A DNA stretch of 64,000 bases from Octopus vulgaris. Its lineage: Eukaryota. Shown one piece after another: positions 55,165-64,000 of this stretch. The notes under the pieces were generated by a model that saw only the letters and a list, made by a program, of their open reading frames with translations, had not been told where the DNA came from and searched no databases. The position numbers and the translations under genes were made by a program. How positions within the stretch are numbered: position 1 is the first letter of the stretch; each line of letters opens with the position of its first letter. The stretch is taken from assembly GCA_951406725.2 (NCBI GenBank), contig OX597816.1, forward strand, positions 163,680,001 through 163,744,000, given 5' to 3'.

Positions 55165-55858
55165 GTCATTGTTCAGTTTTATTTCAAGATTTCTTGCCAA
55201 TGGAGAAAGAGCCGGTTTCTAACTTAGATCCAATGCTCCTTCATTGGAATTTCAACATCAACAACAGGGTATTTTTGTTTTTATATTTGTATGTATGTAT
55301 GTATGTATGTATGTATGTATGTATGTATGTATGTATGTATGTATGTATGTATGCATGCATGTATGTATATGTGAAGATTTGTATGTTTTGCTTTATATAT
55401 ATATTCTCATGCATAGAGTTACATATGAAGACATGCTTATATATATTTAAATGCTAAACTTCTGGAAAGTTTTACAGATTTTTACAGTTCCAGTGATGAA
55501 TTGGATTTGTAGTCTTCAAATTAGCTTTCTCCTTTCTGGTTTTGAGAAGCCCAATTTCTCAAGATTGGTATTTAGGCAGTGAGTTACATATCCCTGGGCT
55601 CCAAAAATTACAGGTATAAACCTGAACTTGTAATCTGAATAGAGTAACTGCAGATTTCTCAGTAGTTCAGCGTAGGTGTCCTCTTTTTCACTCATCGTCA
55701 GCTTTACATTAACATCCACTGAGCAGGTAATTTCCACAACTGTGCACAGTTTCTCTTCTCTATCCTAAATCATTATATCAGGTCTGTTGTGCTTACATTT
55801 TATTGAGGTCTTCACTGAGACAAGCCACCAGTATTCCTTTTTATTATGAGTGGCTATG
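55165..55858 (-). mobile_element. Divergent RLE LINE 3' end embedded in (TACA)n
   Basis: EYWW..SVKTSIKCKHNRPDIMI*DREEKLCTVVEITCSVDVNV...EKEDTY...FIPVIFGAQG...TGTVKICKTFQKFSI* (55858-55447, two internal stops); 3' limit of the UTR uncertain. Confidence 0.8.
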
Positions 55859-56772
55859 TTTGTATGTACGTATGTATGTATGTATGTATGTATGTATGTA
55901 TGTATGTATGTATGTATGTATGTATGTATGTATGTATGTATGTATGTATGTATGCATTTAATTCTATCCAAACAAATACTGTTTTCTTATATTTAAAATA
56001 CTTGAAAACTATAGTAAAAAATTTTTCATTTTTGATTGTCAAAATATACAAAAGTTTTGAGTGAATATATTGCAATTTTCGTTTAAATATTCTTACTATT
56101 TCTCTCAAACAAGTGACTGCGTGTATGTGCCTGGTTACAAGCGTGTATATGCTTACATGTGTTTGTGTGTGTTTGTGTGTGTTTGTGTGTGTGTGTGTGT
56201 GTTTTTATGCATGTGTATGTGTGTACACATGTACGTTTATTATCAGCCGACCTAGACACAAATGGAACGACCAGACGACATTAAATAAACTGCGCTTGCT
56301 TCTTCGTATACTCTTTACACGTTTACTTTGTTTCAAACCCATTCCGATCACATTTACGACAAAAATAATACAATATGATATGATACGATGTATAAATAGA
56401 CAAATATTTCTTCCCCATTCGCAAGAATAATGAAACTAGAAACAGCGTATATTTTTATTGTTCCAAATTTTTCAAACCTTTTAGTTTATATTTCATACAC
56501 TTTTATTCCGTCTATCGCCGAGAACATTCACTGAAGTTTTAAAAATCTAAGGCATTTATGACTGTTAGTCTATCTTCTATTTTACTATCTTTTACTTGTT
56601 TCAGTCATTCGACTGCGGCCATTCTGGGGCACCGTCTAGAATGAATCGGCTTATCTTTTTCAGCCTAGTACTTCTTCTATCATTTTCTGTTGCTCAACTG
56701 CTAAGTTATGGAGACGTAAACCCACCGACACCGGTTGTCAAGCGGTAGAGGAGGACAAACACAAAGACACAT

Positions 56773-56866
<94 letters not shown>

Positions 56867-57831
56867 GTATATATACGACGGGTTTCTTTCAGTTTCCAAA
56901 TCCAATCACAGGGCTGTGGACATTCGAGGCCATAATGGAGGCCAATTATCCAAGGTGCCATGCAGTGGAACTGAAACCGGAACCACTTCGCTGGGAAGCC
57001 AGCTTCTTACCTACAAGAGATGCCTGCGCTTATTCACATTTTTAATTGTTTTAGTCATTGGATTGCTGCCATACTGGGGCAACAACTTAAAGTGTTTTTA
57101 TTGTGGAACAAATCGAACACTGTAGTTTCTTTAGGCCTAGTACTTATCTTATCGCCCTCTTTTGCCGATTTACTAGTTTATGTGGACGTAAACAAACGGG
57201 TTACGGAGCTATAGGAGGTACGAACATGGATACGAAGATATATACAACCCCATTCACCCATACAAATAAGCACACATACTCTCACCCATATTTACCCAGA
57301 GTGGGATTCCACACAGTTTCTACAGAGTTCACTTACAACACCATGGTAGGGACGGAGGTTTATAGAATGTACCACACAGCAGAACTGAACCAGAAACGAT
57401 GTGGTTGAAAAGCGAGCTCCTTAACCACACAGCCATGCAAATGGCAGCCATTAATACATCTTCGCTACACACACAGACATACATAGACATACATTCGTGG
57501 TCCTCCGTCAGTTACGACGACGAGGGTTCCAGTTGCTGCGATCAAACGGAACAGCCTGATCCTAAAATCAACGTGCAAGTGGCTGAGCACTCCACAGACA
57601 CGTGTACCCTTAACATAGTTCTCGGGGAGATTCAGCATGACACAGGGTGTGACAAGGCTGGTGCTTTGAAATACAGGTACAGGAAGAAAGAGTGAGAGAA
57701 AGTTGTGGTGAAAGAGTACAAAAGGGTATCCCACCACCCCCTGCCGGAGCATCGTGGAGCTTTTAGATCTTTTCGCTCAATAAACACACACAATACCCGG
57801 TCTGGGAATCGAAACCGTATCTATATCTCTG

Positions 57832-57906
<75 letters not shown>

Positions 57907-58118
57907 ATTCATCTATCCATCTATTTGTATATATATACTGGTGCTGTATGAACATTTAATGTGGTTTTAGACTCAAATTTTAGCTGCTATTTCCAATGTG
58001 GTGGTATCTCTGAGATACCCTAAATTACAATTTTAATAATAATTATTACCTTTGAAGGTTTTTATTCCCATGTTGGCCACTTGATAAGATCGATATTTAA
58101 ATTAACGATCTTATCGTT

Positions 58119-58154
<36 letters not shown>

Positions 58155-58818
58155 CGGAACAAAAATACAATAGAGGATGATAAAACGTCCGGACAGATAG
58201 ACGATACAAAGGCGGACAGGAAAAACAACAATTTGAGAAACATGAAAAAATGGACAGGTCATTCGTGGCTTTCTTTCGTCAGTTAAGTTACCAGATGTCC
58301 TTACAGTTTCGGGCAGTTACACTTGAGACTGTTCGATCTGGTTGCCCACAAAAGAGTCTAAGCTAAGAGCATTAGATTTATGCAAGAAAGCAATCGAATG
58401 TGTACGACAACATAGACAAAAAACGGAGAATATGTTACACAATTACAAATACAAACAACAAGAATATAACAACAGGTGTCTTTCGACTGAGAACGAATCA
58501 AATTGAGCTGGCGTCTATAAAGTGAAAGCCTTAAGGCAGAAACATAGGAGATGGACGTAAGAGGTGTTGGCAGTCGACAGTCAGGCCAAGAAAGAAAGAT
58601 CATAGCTGGCCGGACACCGGTTACGTGGAAGGAGAGAGAGGTAAGGAGCAGCGGAATTGAAGGATTAGAATAAAATCAGAGAGACAAAGGGAAACGTAGA
58701 GGGGAGGTAAACGAAGGGAAAAAGTAGAAGTTAAAGAAAGAGAGGGTCAAGAAATGTGACGGGGCGAAAGAAAAAGAAAAGAAAAGGCAAGTATGAGGGG
58801 AACTAAAATTTCTCCCCC

Positions 58819-58889
<71 letters not shown>

Positions 58890-58914
58890 GGTTTGGAGAT
58901 GATGTACAGGTATT

Positions 58915-59091
58915 ATATATTAGAAGAAATGAGGTACTCAGAAATCTAGATGGTTTTATATTTGCAGATATTTATTAATATGTCACATGTTATAACAAAT
59001 CATATATTAGCGATTGCATCCATTCTAGTGGAGTCTTCAGATATCTGTAAATATAAAGTCATCCAGATTTCTGAGTACCTTATTTCTTCTA

Positions 59092-59097
<6 letters not shown>
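58915..59097. repeat. Foldback with ~55 bp imperfect arms between (TA)n tracts
   Basis: ATTAGAAGAAATGAGGTACTCAGAAATCT / AGATTTCTGAGTACCTTATTTCTTCTAAT. Confidence 0.8.
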
Positions 59098-59132
<35 letters not shown>

Positions 59133-59428
59133 CAAACATACATACATACATACATACATACATACATACATACATACATACATACATACATACATACTTA
59201 CATACTTACATACATACATAGACAGATATGTTCCTTTATTAGCCACATAGGGCTGCAAACAGACGGGACAGATTACAAAGTAGAGCTTTTCTTTCTGGGG
59301 AGAAATGAAGAAAAAGAAAAAAAGTGGGGTTGGTTTTCGATCAAAAGGGATCGTAAAAGAGAAGGAAAAGAAAAAAGGGAAAGAAAAGAAAAAAACGATC
59401 AATAGGGATCGAGTATCACTGAAATTAG

Positions 59429-59486
59429 AAAATATGGAACGCTTCCACGAATTTGCTCGTCATCTTTGCGCAGGGGCCATGCTAAT
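59429..59486 (-). pseudogene. U6 snRNA 3'-half retrocopy
   Basis: ATTAGCATGGCCCCTGCGCAAAGATGACGAGCAAATTCGTGGAAGCGTTCCATATTTT vs U6 ATTAGCATGGCCCCTGCGCAAGGATGACACGCAAATTCGTGAAGCGTTCCATATTTT; lacks the 5' half and ACAGAGA box. Confidence 0.92.
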
Positions 59487-60274
59487 ATAGATAACTTTTT
59501 ATTGTGGCCACTCAGGGCTAAACACACAATAAAAATGGACGAAATACAATGTAGAGTTTTTTCTTTTCGAGGTGGGATGGGTGGGACATACAAAAAAAAA
59601 ATGGCAATTGCTAAAAAGCATTCGTGAAGTAAAATCATGTAGCAACACCGAATGGCGGTGCCTCAGCATGGCCACGGCTCGTGAGCTGAAACTAGATAAG
59701 ATAAGAAGATAAGATGTCCTAGTATTAGACTATTTTCTCGAGTCAGTGTGTACTGTGAAAACTTAGAATTATATTATCAAAATTTTCACTCCTCACCGTT
59801 TCTTAAGATACACAGAAAACGCATACACATACACTCAAAGTTGAATCTATACGAAAAAACACAAGACGTTTTAATAAAGGCGTTATCAGTATAACGCTTG
59901 AATGGTAGAAAACGTCTATTTAACGTTTCGCATGACAGTCCTTCATCAGCCAGAAAAAAGCACGAAAGGCAGTTTAAAAAGAAGAAATATTTAGGGACAG
60001 ATTAGTGGCGAGGGGGACAGTGAGAGAGGAGGTCGGGTGTTCTCTGCATTCTTCTTCGCGTCGTATTTCTTTCTCAGAGAAAGAACAGCGGCTACACTTT
60101 CTTTTTCATCTTTTTGCTTTCCTTTCATGTTTACTATTAATAACATCTTTGTTAAAACTTGTTCTATCAAACTTTATTTCTTATTTTAGACTGACACTCA
60201 TTCATCAATCACACACACACACGCACACACACACACACATTCACACATATATACATAAATATATATGTATATTT

Positions 60275-60326
<52 letters not shown>

Positions 60327-60357
60327 GTATATATGATAGATAGATAGATAGATAGAT

Positions 60358-60456
<99 letters not shown>

Positions 60457-60911
60457 TATTTATATGTATGCATATATTTCTGTGAGAGTTAGAGGTTGGG
60501 AAACCAACCAACTAAGGGATAGTGCCTATCCAATATACTGCTCGTAATGTACCTAATTATTTATACCCAAATGCTGATTATTGCGTGGCAATCTCGTAAC
60601 TGAGGGTCATATATGGGCGGGGGTAAAAAGTTGTATACCCTTAATTTATACGGCAAATAAGAAAATGGAGAGGATACAAAACGAAATACATCATCCGGTA
60701 TACATTTCAGTGTGTCTATTTATTCCAAAGCATTTGAACGTATTGGAAGAAAACCTACACATGTAGTAATTATATGTTACACACACAAGTATTAATATTA
60801 CATAACCGAGTGAAAGATCAGTTTCTTACGGCCGTTTCTACCAAGAAGCAACGATATCTTCCATGCTATCTCCATCTCTTCAGTGTTCTGTAGGGATGGA
60901 CAGAATGTACA

Positions 60912-60952
<41 letters not shown>

Positions 60953-61491
60953 GCTACGTGTATATATATATAAATGTGTCTGTATGTATGCTTGCGTATG
61001 TATGTGTGTAGTGAGTGTGTGTGTATGTGTATGCACGTGCGTGTGTGTGAATGTGTGTGCGCGTACGTGCATGTTTTCAATAAGCATTTAATCACCAGCG
61101 GGAATTGACAGTTGTACTTAACCTCTACGCTCGTGATTCACATCCATCTAATACCAGTAATACAATGAGGTTCGTTATGTATTCAAAAAATATTTATTGA
61201 TCTTCCATATGAAATAAGCAATCGATATTGGTCGGATTTGTATTGGTGAGTGAATAGATCGTAATGAATGTATATTCATGTTAATGCATATGTATATACA
61301 CATATGTAATTATATATATATATATGTATGTATATACATATACACACATACACACATATACATACACGTATATTGGTGCTCCGGCATATCCACAGCCTTT
61401 GGGCAAAAACGTATAAAACAATAAAAGAATAATATATAAATACAAATATATATACGTATATATGCATAGACACGCGTATCTATATAGAAGT

Positions 61492-61579
<88 letters not shown>

Positions 61580-61748
61580 GTATGTATAATTTATAGAACA
61601 TAGATATCGCATTCTAGTATTCAAAATTTATATAGATTTGTAATATATCGCATATACACAATATGTATAAGTATATAAATAAGTATGCACATGAAAGAGA
61701 GACGTGTGTGTGTGTGTGACATGTATCTACATGGAAATATATATATAG

Positions 61749-61784
<36 letters not shown>

Positions 61785-61920
61785 TACACAAACACACACA
61801 CACTCACACACACATAGACATACATAGAGAGTGAGAGAGACAGACGGACAGACAGACTGACAGACAGACATATAGACATATATACGCCTCTGCGTCATCT
61901 ATCTATCAAAGCTTACTTAC

Positions 61921-62016
<96 letters not shown>

Positions 62017-62442
62017 TTGTGTGTGTGTGTGTGTGTGTGTGCAATATATATTGTATATATTTGAAATCTTTGTATTTATCTATCTATCTATCTACGTATA
62101 TATGTATATATTTATCTATCTATCCATCTATGTATATATGTGTGTGTGTGTATGGACTTAACGTGACTTCAAAATATTGCCCTGCGCGTTAATGACACAC
62201 TTCAATGCCAGCGAATAAACGAAAATTTCTTTCAATCCTTACCTCGAGAAAGTAATAACCTCAAATAATTTATATTTCTTAATGAATTTTTAACGGTATT
62301 AAGTAGTTGTACTTAACGTTACCGAATAATTCCTCCTCACATTATGCGTACAACCGTATTCCTGTACATCTCTGTAGAAATACGCACCAGCATATACATA
62401 CATTTGAGTATGTGTATATATATATGTGTTTGTATGTGTGTG

Positions 62443-62488
<46 letters not shown>

Positions 62489-62491
<3 letters not shown>

Positions 62492-62789
62492 AGGCGCAAT
62501 GGCCTAGTGGTTAGGGCAGCGGATTCGCGGTCGCAGGATCGCGGTTTCGATTCCCAGACCGGGCTTTGTGAGTGTTTATTGAGCGAAAACACCCAAAAGC
62601 TCCACGAGGCTCCGGCAGGGGATGGTGGTGATCCCTGCTGTACTATTTCACCACTCTTTCTCCCACTCTTTCCTCTGTTGGCCTGCTCGCTTAGCCAGCG
62701 GGGTGGCGTCGTTCGAAGGCTAAAACAATGCAAACGCATTGTGACAAGCGATGTGTAGCAACATCTGATGGTCTAGTCGGTCACGTGAT

Positions 62790-62797
<8 letters not shown>
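62489..62797 (+). mobile_element. SINE-C full-length, tail type 1
   Basis: tRNA-like head with A/B boxes; ends in TCACGTGA TCACGTGA (TA)n. Confidence 0.88.
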
Positions 62798-62820
<23 letters not shown>

Positions 62821-63072
62821 AAGAGAGAAAATGTTGTAAATGTGTGTGTATGTGTCTGATTATGTGTGCATAGGTGTATGTGTATATGCGTAAGATATAT
62901 ATATACGTAAATATATATCTGCATAAATGTGTGTTCACGTATGCGTGGGTGTATATATATATAAGTAGACATAGATATTGTTATATGATGTTACATATAT
63001 AATTACATATCATATGCATTGCAAATGTGTATTATATTTACTAGATATATACTCTATGTGTGTACATATATA

Positions 63073-63119
<47 letters not shown>

Positions 63120-63196
63120 AATAATATATAAATATATGCATATATACATACATATATGTACATACCTACATCTATATGTATATATACATGCATATA

Positions 63197-63719
63197 TGGG
63201 TACAGGACATCAAAAAACGTTGAACACAATGAGAAAAGAAAACATAAAAACAAAAACATGGAAACGAACTTTTTTTCAAACAACGAAAAAAACAGAGTAT
63301 AAGATATACAACACAAAGAATATTCCCCTTCTTTAGTTGTCCCTGTTTCGTCTACTCCGTGTTGCGAAGGCAAGGAGAAGACGCGACTTCGTTGAAACAG
63401 TCCTTCCCGCAAAGCAAAGTAAATGAAATTTGGGATTTTTTCGGAGAGGTAAAAGTGGTAACAAGAACAGGACAGTAAGAACAAAACAATACAAGTAAAA
63501 ACAGTAAAAGACAGGACAAAGAGAACACGGTAAAAACAAACGGTGAGGCCAAGACGATGGAAAAATAATTTTGAAAGCATTAAGGAGACAGCTTACGAGA
63601 GGGACAGAATAAGTCTTGACTCGGTGAAAGATAGCAGTTGGAAAGATGGCTTCCCTCTGGTCACGTGTCAGTGACGGGAGAGTCGTGGGTTGGATTCACA
63701 ACCTCTAACTTTCTTGGAG

Positions 63720-63720
<1 letters not shown>
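63197..63720 (-). mobile_element. Unclassified (TA)n-flanked repeat
   Basis: End TGGGTACAGGACATCA.. and internal GACAACT.A.GAAGGG resemble the inverse-oriented 31020-31180. Confidence 0.45.
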
Positions 63721-63774
<54 letters not shown>

Positions 63775-64000
63775 GAAAGGTTGAGTTCAATTTGAACAGT
63801 TTTACTTCGGTAGGCTCCAATGTTAGATTTCTAATAAAGATTCTTCATATCAAATTTGTAGCTTGCTATTGCATGTATTTTATTAAAAAATGAAAATTTA
63901 TACAAGTATAAGATGTTTTATGAGCATTTATAGAACACAGTCCTATATCAACTCAAGAAACAATTAAAGAGAATATGTTAAAAGTTTGATGACATTTTAA

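Noticed and set aside
59429-59486. Functional U6 gene
   Set aside because: 5' half missing, several substitutions, no upstream promoter context.
60826-60885. CUGAAGA...GAAACGGCCGUA on the minus strand; similar half motifs at 2673 and 40191
   Set aside because: Only the GAAA-palindrome-UH half is convincing; helices I and II are unsupported.
62489-62562. tRNA gene
   Set aside because: SINE head continuous with a repeated body; no proper acceptor stem or terminator. The same applies to 34000-34072.

Overview
AT-rich eukaryotic genomic DNA, most likely an octopod cephalopod (inferred from the microsatellite load and SINE families, not from a search). I find no convincing host protein-coding exon; nearly all ORFs in the track are translated (TA)n, (CA)n, (TACA)n, (TAA)n or (GAA)n tracts. 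The interpretable content is mobile DNA: (1) 5'-truncated R4/Dong-type RLE LINEs arrayed head-to-tail in (TAA)n tracts at 25.4-29.8 kb, plus a divergent RLE LINE in (TACA)n; (2) RTE, CR1, L1/Tx1-like and other LINE 3' ends; (3) four tRNA-derived SINE families; (4) Tc1/mariner relics and a non-autonomous Helitron; (5) a ~550 bp non-coding TAA-tailed element, one copy carrying a 28S rRNA fragment; (6) a U6 snRNA chimera. The strongest signal outside the ORF track is roughly 17 hammerhead or hammerhead-like motifs from about 8 unrelated short repeat families. They sit mostly beside (TA)n/(TAA)n tracts and often in foldback or partial-tandem insertions, the architecture expected of Penelope-like pseudo-LTRs or retrozymes. 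One copy (16716-16780) is a fully canonical type I hammerhead. Coordinates were read by eye and repeat boundaries are approximate; family names SINE-A to D and E1 are my local labels.
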